A stretch of DNA of 64,000 nt from Roseiarcus sp. (GTDB lineage Bacteria; Pseudomonadota; Alphaproteobacteria; Rhizobiales; Beijerinckiaceae): positions 640 to 64,639 of the forward strand of contig JBKQKS010000082.1 in NCBI GenBank assembly GCA_052147395.1, read 5' to 3'. Positions 56,595 through 64,000 of this stretch are shown here, in pieces. Numbering within the stretch: position 1 is the first letter of the stretch; every line of letters starts with the position of its first letter. Under the pieces are notes generated by a model. It saw only the letters and a program-made list of their open reading frames with translations, searched no databases and was not told the DNA's origin. The position numbers and the translations under genes are program-made.

Positions 56595-58268
56595 TTGGAT
56601 ACAGAATCACACCCTCGTCAGGGGCATCCCTCGACGCGCGCGCTAGGCGGCATCGTGGGGACGCTGGTCCTGATGGCGCTGTTCGCGCCGACCTCCACGG
56701 AATCGGCAATCGCCAATGGGGATACGCGAACGCTGTATCTGACCAATTCCAATACCAAGGAAACGGGCGAGTTCACCTACATGGCGTACGGAACGTACGA
56801 CAAAGCGGCCTTGGAAAAGCTCAACTGGTTCCTGCGTGATTGGCGGCTCAACGAAGAGACGCAGATGGATCCCAAATTGTTCGACATAATTTGGGAGGTC
56901 TATCGTGAATCCGGGTCCAAACAACCACTCGACGTGCTTTCCGGCTATCGTTCGCCGCAGACCAACGCGATGCTGCGCCGGCGCTCGCGCCAGGTCGCCG
57001 AGCATTCGCAACACATGCTGGGCAAGGCGATCGATGCGCATTTCGTCGACGTGACGACCGCGACGATCCGCGATATCGCGATGCGCATGCAGGCGGGCGG
57101 CGTCGGCTTCTATCCGAGCGGCATGACGCCGTGGGTGCATATCGACAGCGGCCCGGTGCGATATTGGCCGCGCATGAGCCGCGATGCGCTGGCGCGGCTG
57201 TTTCCCGACGGCAAAACGGTGTTTATTCCCGCCGACGGCCACCCCATGCCAGGCTACGAGGTCGCGAAAGCCGAGATCGAGTCGCGCGGCGGCGACGTCG
57301 TTGCGCAGACCCAGACTTCGATCTTCGGCGGCGCCTTGGCCTGGTTGTTCGGCGGACCGCACGGAGGCGGCGCCGACGACGCGGAGGAGAGCAGCGATGC
57401 GCAGGTCGTCGTCTCCAGCGCCGCGGGTCGTGGGCGCGCCGGTTCGCCGGCTGTCGTCGTCGCGGCGAACTTCGAGGCGCCGAGCGGCGAAACCGTCGTC
57501 AGCGCGACAGGCCGCGGGCGCGCCGCTTCGCCGGCTGTTATCGTCGAGGCGCCGAGCGGCGGAACCGTCGCCAGCGCGGCAGGCCGCGGGCGCGCCGGTT
57601 TGCCGGCTGCCGTCGTCGAGGCGAAGCTCGAGGCGCCGAGCGGCGAAATCGTCGCCGACGCCGCGCCGGCGCGCGATCGCGCGTCGGTCGATCCCGGATC
57701 GCCCGTCACTTTGCGCGGTCCGATCGCGGCGCGTTTCATCGCGCCGTTGCCGCCTCGCAAGCCGCTGGAAATGTTCGCGCTCGCCGACGCGCCGCTGCCG
57801 CCGCCCCGCCCAGCCGAATTCGCCGTTGCCGCCGCAGCCTCTCCGAGTGCGCAGCGGGAAACGACGTTCGCCGTAGGTTCGGCCTCGTCGCGACGGGTCG
57901 CGGCGCCCGCGCCGAATCGCGACTTGATCCGCGCGCTGCTGCAGCGCGGCCGTTTTCCGGGCGTGATCACGCATGGGCTCAGCGAGCCGCCACATGAGGC
58001 GTTGGCGTTGACCGAGGCGGTCGAATCCACGGAGAGCGCGGACGATCTGGCGCGGGCCGCTAAACTCGAGGCGCCGCCGCCGCGACCGCCCGAGCTGCGA
58101 TTCTCGTTGGACGCCGCGACGGATACGACGATCCGGGCGCGATCCCGGTCGGTGAAGCCGCGCCACGGCTTCAGCCCCTACGGCGAACTGACGATCGACG
58201 CATTCCGTTCGCCGCCCGCCGCCGCCGATACGGCGCAGAAGCTGCGCGCGCTCGCATCCGCGGACTGA
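56595..58268 (+). CDS. DUF882 / peptidase M15A (YcbK/MepK-like) protein with a long low-complexity repetitive C-terminal tail
   Basis: 'VLSGYRSPQTNAMLRRRSRQVAEHSQHMLGKAIDA' and 'GGVGFYPSGMTPWVHIDSG'. TTG start preceded by GAAAGGAAGGGG. Confidence 0.85.
   Translation: MDTESHPRQGHPSTRALGGIVGTLVLMALFAPTSTESAIANGDTRTLYLTNSNTKETGEFTYMAYGTYDKAALEKLNWFLRDWRLNEETQMDPKLFDIIWEVYRESGSKQPLDVLSGYRSPQTNAMLRRRSRQVAEHSQHMLGKAIDAHFVDVTTATIRDIAMRMQAGGVGFYPSGMTPWVHIDSGPVRYWPRMSRDALARLFPDGKTVFIPADGHPMPGYEVAKAEIESRGGDVVAQTQTSIFGGALAWLFGGPHGGGADDAEESSDAQVVVSSAAGRGRAGSPAVVVAANFEAPSGETVVSATGRGRAASPAVIVEAPSGGTVASAAGRGRAGLPAAVVEAKLEAPSGEIVADAAPARDRASVDPGSPVTLRGPIAARFIAPLPPRKPLEMFALADAPLPPPRPAEFAVAAAASPSAQRETTFAVGSASSRRVAAPAPNRDLIRALLQRGRFPGVITHGLSEPPHEALALTEAVESTESADDLARAAKLEAPPPRPPELRFSLDAATDTTIRARSRSVKPRHGFSPYGELTIDAFRSPPAAADTAQKLRALASAD
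57420..57659 (+). repeat. in-frame tandem repeat (three units of 84/72/84 nt) inside the DUF882 gene
   Basis: Protein units are 'AAGRGRAGSPAVVVAANFEAPSGETVVS', 'ATGRGRAASPAVIVEAPSGGTVAS' and 'AAGRGRAGLPAAVVEAKLEAPSGEIVAD'. Confidence 0.85.
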
Positions 58269-58286
58269 CGCTCTCTGCCCGAGCGA

Positions 58287-58474
58287 CCAATTTCCTGCCC
58301 GCCATTGTAGGCGAGGGCCATCATCCCGAGCTTGTCGAGGGACGACCTCGCTGCTTCCGCTTGCAAGAGTCGTGTGAGAACGAGGCGCTCGACAAGCCGA
58401 CCGAGGTCGTCCTTCGACAAGCTCGGGATGAGGGCCCTCGGCCACAGAGTCACACCGCCCTGGAATTTGCCCCG
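58287..58474 (+). repeat. MITE-like palindromic repeat, copy D (fully palindromic version)
   Basis: Arms of about 40 bp: 'ggcgagggccatcatcccgagcttgtcgagggacgacctcg' and 'cgaggtcgtccttcgacaagctcgggatgagggccctcggcc', with about 48 nt between them. Confidence 0.85.
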
Positions 58475-58494
58475 GTCACCGCAGAACTACCCTC

Positions 58495-58887
58495 TCAACC
58501 GCGATCGACCGACAACGGGCCGGGGCCGGCGGCGGCGAGATACAGGAAAGCAAATGAGTAGAGCAGCGCCGCCTCGCCGTGGTTCAGCAAGGGATAGAAG
58601 CCCATCGGCGCGTGAACCATGAAGTAGGCGACCGCCATGAAGCCGGAGAGAACGAACGCCACGATGCGGCTGAACAGGCCGAGCACGATCAGCAGGCCGC
58701 CGATGAGCTCGATGAGACCGGTGAAAGTCGTCATCCCCGAGCCCATCATCTTGGTCATTGCCTCGGCGATCGGCGGGAAATTAAGCAATTTGCCGGTCCC
58801 GTGCTCGAGGAATGCGAGGCCGACCGCGACGCGCATCAGCGATAGCAGATAGGGCGCGAACGGCCCCGGAATGATCGAGAACTTCAT
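58495..58887 (-). CDS. DoxX-family membrane protein
   Basis: 'LSLMRVAVGLAFLEHGTGKL'. Four hydrophobic segments. 130 aa. Confidence 0.8.
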   Translation of the reverse strand: MKFSIIPGPFAPYLLSLMRVAVGLAFLEHGTGKLLNFPPIAEAMTKMMGSGMTTFTGLIELIGGLLIVLGLFSRIVAFVLSGFMAVAYFMVHAPMGFYPLLNHGEAALLYSFAFLYLAAAGPGPLSVDRG

Positions 58888-58960
58888 GCTGTGTTGTCTC
58901 CCGAGCGGCCAAACGACATCGGCGCGCCGGGCCCGCCGCCCTCGCCCGGCGCGCCGATTC

Positions 58961-59569
58961 TCAGAGGAATTTCGCGATCTGATCGAACTCGAAACGCGGA
59001 CTGCGCGGGTGCAGCTGGCGCGCGTCGCCGAAGCCGATGTTGATGAGCACGTTCGATTTCACCGTGCCCTCGGGGAAAAACTCGGCATCGACCTTGGCGC
59101 GGTCGAATCCAGTCATCGGGCCGGCGTCGAGGCCGACGGCGCGTAGCGCCAGGATCAGATAGGCGACCTGAAGCGTGCCATTCTGGAACGCGCTGTGCTC
59201 AGCGACCTCTTCGCTGTGGGCGAACCACGGTCGCGCATCGATGTGCGGGTATAGGAACGGCAGGTGGTCGTAGAAGCGCTCGTCGTGGGCGGTGATCGCG
59301 ACCACCGGCGCCTTCATGGTCTTCTCGACGTTGCCCGGGGACAGCGCCGGCCGCAGGCGCTCCTTGGATTCGGGCGTGCGCAGGAACAGGATGCGCAGCG
59401 GCGACTGGTTGGCGCTCGTCGGCCCCATCTTGGCGAGGTCGACGGCCTGCTTCAGCCGCGCCTCGGGCACGGGAAGGTCGAGAAAGGCGTTGTAGGTGCG
59501 CGCTTCGGTGAAGAGCTGGGCGAGCGCCGCCGGGTCGAGCGGCTGACGCGCCGGAACGTGTACGGTCAT
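58961..59569 (-). CDS. nitroreductase-family protein (RutE / malonic semialdehyde reductase-like)
   Basis: 'TYNAFLDLPV...GPTSANQSPLRILF...GPMTGFD'. 202 aa. Confidence 0.8.
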   Translation of the reverse strand: MTVHVPARQPLDPAALAQLFTEARTYNAFLDLPVPEARLKQAVDLAKMGPTSANQSPLRILFLRTPESKERLRPALSPGNVEKTMKAPVVAITAHDERFYDHLPFLYPHIDARPWFAHSEEVAEHSAFQNGTLQVAYLILALRAVGLDAGPMTGFDRAKVDAEFFPEGTVKSNVLINIGFGDARQLHPRSPRFEFDQIAKFL

Positions 59570-59654
59570 GAGTGGATCCTCGCGGGCATTTGATGCTTCG
59601 CCACAGTTGGCGGTTGACCGTTATCAATTCAACTGGTAAAATTATGATAGTTTC

Positions 59655-59671
59655 TATCAGTTTAACTGATA
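59655..59671. promoter_or_regulatory. LysR-type ATC-N9-GAT palindrome in the divergent promoter region
   Basis: TATCAG-TTTAA-CTGATA, a perfect 6-5-6 palindrome. It lies 23 nt upstream of the LysR start and within the 124-nt divergent intergenic region. Confidence 0.5.
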
Positions 59672-59693
59672 GCGTGTCTTCGGAGGGGCGACC

Positions 59694-60611
59694 GTGATCG
59701 ACTCGCTGACCCTGGACCACATGCGCGCGCTCGTCGCGGTCGCCGAAACCGGCAGCTTTTCCGCGGCCGGCAAACGGCTCGACCGGGTGCAGTCCGCGGT
59801 TTCGCAATCGATCCAGGCCATGGAATCGACGCTCGGCGTCACGTTATTCGACCGCTCGTCGAAAACGCCGACCCTCACCGAGGCGGGACGCGCCGTCCTC
59901 TGCGACGCCCGCGCGATCCTGGCGCAGACGCGCGCGTTGCGGGCGAGGGCGGAGAGCATCGTCGAAGGCCTCGAGGCCGAGCTCACGCTCGCTGTCGACG
60001 CGCTGTTCCCGATGCCAACGCTGATCGAGAGCCTCGCGGCGCTCCGCCTCGCCTTTCCCGCGCTTCCCGCGACCGTGTTCACCGAAGAGCTCGGCGGAGC
60101 GGTGAGATCCGTCCGCTCCGGGACCGCGCGCATCGCGATCCAGCCGATGCTCGGCGGCGAAGCGGACGACCTTTCGGTCGAGTACCTCACGTCGATCGCG
60201 TTGACGCCGGTCGTCTCCGTCGAGCATCCGCTCGCCCACGCGCCGCAACCGGTCCCGCTCGAGGCGCTGGAGCCGCACGTGCAACTCGTCTTGACGGGGC
60301 GCACCGACTTCGCGCGCAGCCTCAGCGGCGGCCTGATCAGCCGCCAGCTCTGGCGGTTCGCCGATTTGCACACGCGGCTCGAGTTCCTGCTCGCCGGGTT
60401 TGGCTGGTGCCGGATGCCGGCGCAGCTGGTCGACCCGTACATTGCCGCGGGACGTCTCGTGCGGCTCGCGATCGCGGACGAGGGGGTCGCCGAAATGCGC
60501 GTGTTCGTCGCCCGCGAGCGCGGACGTTCGCTCGGCAGGGCCGGCCGCTGGCTCATCGACGATCTGCGGCGACGGCTGAACGAGGCGCCGGAGATCGTGA
60601 GCGCGGCCTGA
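59694..60611 (+). CDS. LysR-family transcriptional regulator
   Basis: '[38 protein letters not shown]' HTH. 305 aa. Confidence 0.9.
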   Translation: MIDSLTLDHMRALVAVAETGSFSAAGKRLDRVQSAVSQSIQAMESTLGVTLFDRSSKTPTLTEAGRAVLCDARAILAQTRALRARAESIVEGLEAELTLAVDALFPMPTLIESLAALRLAFPALPATVFTEELGGAVRSVRSGTARIAIQPMLGGEADDLSVEYLTSIALTPVVSVEHPLAHAPQPVPLEALEPHVQLVLTGRTDFARSLSGGLISRQLWRFADLHTRLEFLLAGFGWCRMPAQLVDPYIAAGRLVRLAIADEGVAEMRVFVARERGRSLGRAGRWLIDDLRRRLNEAPEIVSAA

Positions 60612-60764
60612 TCGCGGTCGCGAAGCAACGGCCGCGCCGGCGCGTAAAGTAGGCGCCTACGAAGGACTTCAACGGAATCCCCAACAGCCTTTGCGTTCTT
60701 GTTGCAGCGCGACAAAAGGCGCGAACCTAGACGAAAGTCTCGTTCGAGAACAAAGAGCCCTCTC

Positions 60765-61563
60765 ATGCCGTCAGCGCTCGACGCCCGCATGGGCGAAGTC
60801 ACCGAACGCATCGCGAAACGCAGTCGCGACTCCCGCCGCTGCTATCTCGACCGTGTCGACGCCGCCGCCAGCGCCACGCCGACCCGCAGGAAGCTCGGCT
60901 GCGCCAATTTCGCCCATGGCTTCGCCGCCTGCTCCGCCGCCGACAAATCGGCCTTGCGCGACGGCGACGGCCCGAATCTGGCGATCGTCACCGCCTACAA
61001 CGACATGCTGTCGGCCCATCAGCCGTTCGCGCGTTTTCCCGACCTCGGCGGTGGCGCCCGAATGCCACGTGATCGAGGCGCCGGCGAGGGTGTTCGATAG
61101 CCAGGAGGAGCTGCAGGCCGCATTCCGCGCCGGCGAACTGTTCCGCGATTTCATCGCCGTGGTGCGCTTCCAGGGGCCGCGCGCCAACGGCATGCCCGAG
61201 TTGCTCGAGCTGATGCCGCCGCTCGGCGTGATCCAGGATCGCGGCTACAAGGTCGCGCTGGTCACGGACGGGCGCCTATCGGGCGCCTCGGGCAAGGTCC
61301 CGGCGGCGATCCACGTCACGCCGGAAGCCGCGAACGGCGGCGCCATCGCCAAGATCCGCGATGGCGATGTCTTGCGCCTCGACGCGCCGCGTGGACGTCT
61401 CGAGGTCCTCGTCGAGGCCGCCGAGTTTGGCGCCCGGGCGCCGGCTGCGGCCGACCTTTCGGCCGGTCATTTCGGCGTCGGCCGCGAGCTGTTCGCTGCG
61501 TTGCGCAGTCAGGTCGGGCGCGCCGACCGCGGGGCGTCGATCTTCACGGCGCCGGCGAACTGA
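60765..61563 (+). pseudogene. edd: phosphogluconate dehydratase (Edd) remnant with a large out-of-frame internal deletion
   Basis: N-terminus '[18 protein letters not shown]...[11 protein letters not shown]...[19 protein letters not shown]' is in frame 60699. C-terminus '[18 protein letters not shown]...[15 protein letters not shown]...[24 protein letters not shown]' is in frame 60691. The junction is near 61041..61045. The locus is about 800 nt, versus about 1.8 kb expected. Confidence 0.8.
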
Positions 61564-61723
61564 GGCCGGAGCGCGGGCTCGCCACAAAACGTTGCGTCAT
61601 CGGCGCGGCGTTGACCGTTCGTTCACCAATTTCTGGCCTAACTCGGGGCCGGAATCCCGAACCTGTTTCGGGACCGTCGCCGCGCGGGTGAGCGGCGACG
61701 GACAGCTCGATAGGGCTTGAGCG

Positions 61724-62212
61724 ATGTTGCGTCCTGTTCTCTTCCGCGTTCTCCTGCCCGCGGCTCTCGCCGTCGGGTTCGCTTTCAGCGCCGTAGCCGC
61801 CGAGTCCGACATCGGCGACAGCAACGAGGTGATCAGGGTCACCATCGATCAGGCGAAAGTCGCCAAAGTCCCTGGCGGCACTTCGACGCTCGTCATCGGC
61901 AATCCGATGATTGCCGATGTCACGATGCTGAGGGGCACGGCGGGAATGGTCATCACCGGCAAGGGATACGGCCAGACCAACTTGATTGCGCTCGACGCCA
62001 AAGGAAATATACTGGACGAGAAGCAATTGCGCGTCGAGCCCGGCAATACGGTGCTGGTGGTGCAGCGCGGCGATGCGAGGGCGTCCTATTCCTGCAATCC
62101 CGAGTGCATGCCGACGGTCCAGCTCGGCGACGATCCGAAGGTGTTCGGCGAGACCGGCGGCCAGATCGAGCAGCGCAACGGTTATGCGAAAGCCGTGGAC
62201 GCGCCGAAGTAA
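61724..62212 (+). CDS. secreted protein with pilus-formation N-terminal domain (CpaC-N/T2SS-T3SS_pil_N-like)
   Basis: Signal peptide 'AFSAVAA'. 'LVIGNPMIADVTML..GMVITGKGYGQTNLIALD'. Confidence 0.65.
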   Translation: MLRPVLFRVLLPAALAVGFAFSAVAAESDIGDSNEVIRVTIDQAKVAKVPGGTSTLVIGNPMIADVTMLRGTAGMVITGKGYGQTNLIALDAKGNILDEKQLRVEPGNTVLVVQRGDARASYSCNPECMPTVQLGDDPKVFGETGGQIEQRNGYAKAVDAPK

Positions 62213-62236
62213 GGCGCTGGACGCCGTTCTCTGCGC

Positions 62237-63019
62237 ATGCGCCGGCTGATCGTACAACAGCCGGTCTCGCAGGCGGCGGTCTGGAGTCTGAGGCTTTCGG
62301 TGTTCGCCCTCACCGCGGCCGGCGTCGCGGTGGGGCTTTCGCGCTTGGCGGGCCTCGCCCCCTCGGCCGCTCTCACCGTGTTCGGCGCCGCGCTCGCGCT
62401 GGCCTGTTTGGCCGCGCTGCTCGCAGCTGCGGCCGCGGTGGTGATCTGGAGGACCGGACGGCTCGGCGCCGGCAAGGCGGCGCTCGGTTTCGCGCTGGCG
62501 CTGGCGCTGATCGCCTACCCCGCCTATCTCGGTTATCTCGCGGTGACGCTGCCGCCACTTTCCGACGTCAGCACCGATTTCGCGGAACCGCCCTCGTTCA
62601 TGATCTCGACCAAAGCGCGCGCGGCGCGCGGCGGCCGCATGCCGCCGCCGTTCGACCGCGCCGGGGAGCCGGCGCAACGCGACGCCTATCCCAAGGTCGC
62701 GCCGGTGTTCGTCGATCTCGAAGCCATGCAGGCCTACCAGATGGCGTTGCGGCTGGTGAAGGACGCAGGCTGGAAGGTCGTCGATTCGACCGAGCCGAAC
62801 CTGCGCGGCGACGGCGTGGCGCACATCGACGCCATCGACCGCTCGCTGTTCTTCGGCTTCGCGAGCGACATCACCATTCGCGTGACTCCGCTCGACAACG
62901 AGACGCGCATCGACCTGCGTTCGGTCAACCGCGTCGGCAAGCACGATTTCGGCGCCAACGCCCGCCGTATCCGCAAATTCATCGAACTGGCGCAGGAGTT
63001 TCAGCAGCAGGAGCGCTGA
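62237..63019 (+). CDS. DUF1499-domain membrane protein
   Basis: N-terminal TM segments. C-terminal 'FGFASDITIRV.....TRIDLRSVNRVGKHDFGANARRIRKF'. Confidence 0.7.
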   Translation: MRRLIVQQPVSQAAVWSLRLSVFALTAAGVAVGLSRLAGLAPSAALTVFGAALALACLAALLAAAAAVVIWRTGRLGAGKAALGFALALALIAYPAYLGYLAVTLPPLSDVSTDFAEPPSFMISTKARAARGGRMPPPFDRAGEPAQRDAYPKVAPVFVDLEAMQAYQMALRLVKDAGWKVVDSTEPNLRGDGVAHIDAIDRSLFFGFASDITIRVTPLDNETRIDLRSVNRVGKHDFGANARRIRKFIELAQEFQQQER

Positions 63020-63608
63020 CGGTCAAACCCCAACGCTCGGCGCCCGTCCGGGAAGGTCACAAAAGGGCGGGGAGCGGACTTCGAAATTGCTGATTTGACG
63101 GGCGTGTCACCCTAAAGCCTTCGCCCGCTCGCCGCGAGCGACATTGCCGCACTTCAACATTTCGTGATCATGTCGAACGCCAGCGCAAAGGCGCTCAATT
63201 TCGCAACTGACATTTGCGCCTGATTTTTGCTCCGCCCGGAGTCGGCGGCAAATGCGCATATGCGGGGACTTGCTTGGGCTATACGACCTTCGCGCTGAAG
63301 CCAGCTGTTCCCAGCTTTTGCGAGCTTCGCGTTCGAAAAGGCTGTTTTCGATTCGAGACTGAATTACGCTTCGTGCAAGCTATTGATTTTGTTGATGCCA
63401 GCGCGATGTGCATAATTCGAGACATTTGGAATGGCATTTTTCGCCCGAAAATCGGGGCTGTTGAGAGACTGAGACCGGCGTGACGCGCGCGCGAACGGGG
63501 CTTGCGCCGTGAGAGTTGAGGGTTGGCGCTCAGCCGGGAATGTGCAGATCGCGTAATCTCGGATCTGGCGGAGCCGCAACCCGCGCGGCTCGCACCCACT
63601 CCGGGGGT

Positions 63609-63749
63609 TCACAGAAGTCCCATCCACTTGCTCGCAAAGAGCAGAACCGCGACAGCCAAGAACGCAAGTATGCCTTCGATGCCTTCCGCTTCGGCCCTGA
63701 GACCGAAAAGGGAAACCGAAATACGATCTTTGGAAGTTTTCTGCGCCAT
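63609..63749 (-). CDS. candidate 46-aa membrane peptide (below the ORF-track cutoff)
   Basis: My own translation: 'MAQKTSKDRISVSLFGLRAEAEGIEGILAFLAVAVLLFASKWMGLL'. GAGAGG lies 8 nt upstream. No homology is known to me. Confidence 0.25.
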   Translation of the reverse strand: MAQKTSKDRISVSLFGLRAEAEGIEGILAFLAVAVLLFASKWMGLL

Positions 63750-64000
63750 AGACACACCTCTCCCGCTCGTTGGTGCGGTTTCCAAGGCGTGTCGAAAAAA
63801 TTAGCGCATAGACGCTCTAAAGCGCCCCAATCTCGGCGAAAGTGTGGCGGAGGACGACGGAGTCGCACCGCTCGTCTCTCTTAAAAGTCCCCGACCTTCT
63901 CGCGATGGTAGCTTCGTCCAACTGCCCTTCGCTCGAACTTCGGCCACTTATGAGAGTTCGCGAACGTACGACACGAACGCGAAAAACGCGAGCTTATTGC

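Overview
This is a 64-kb high-GC chromosomal segment. Gene content and synteny (divergent serB/miaA, purL-bolA, pncB, prfC, cmk, a palindromic 'SFDKLRMR/LSKDDLG'-type repeat) suggest an alphaproteobacterium of the Hyphomicrobiales/Rhizobiales type; that assignment is inference. I support about 55 protein-coding genes, mostly housekeeping, metabolism and signalling. I found no rRNA, tRNA, CRISPR array, transposase or integrase.

Most long ORFs in the six-frame track are antisense or out-of-frame shadows typical of high-GC DNA. Several true starts lie internal to the listed ORFs.

Main points of interest:
1. 38.48-41.69 kb: a tightly coupled three-gene operon in a visibly lower-GC islet between GST and prfC. 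It encodes a DUF262/ParB-like protein, an ABC/OLD-type ATPase with a DUF3696-like tail, and a 320-aa orphan protein. This is the best candidate for a poorly described or undescribed anti-phage defence system.
2. 33.1-35.7 kb: a toxin-antitoxin islet. It holds vapB with an amber-interrupted vapC, and an AbiEii-like nucleotidyltransferase with non-canonical partners (an ASCH protein and a 98-aa coupled ORF).
3. 1.93-9.75 kb: a giant (about 1660 aa) pyruvate:ferredoxin-oxidoreductase-like protein with a tethered C-terminal ferredoxin-like domain. It is translationally coupled to a fused NfnB(GltD)-NfnA(PyrK)-like flavoprotein.
4. 25.6-33.1 kb: a non-pyrrolysine MttB-family methyltransferase, an MFS transporter, a DMGDH-like gene, a LysR regulator and an enolase-superfamily gene. 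This is a putative quaternary-amine catabolic locus with no corrinoid protein nearby.
5. Decayed genes: serB (frameshift in a G5 run), vapC (in-frame TAG) and edd (about 1-kb internal deletion).
6. Four copies of a roughly 125-190-bp palindromic MITE-like repeat.
7. Two tandem DUF1127 mini-proteins below the ORF-track cutoff.

All functional calls rest on motif recognition by eye. No database search was run.
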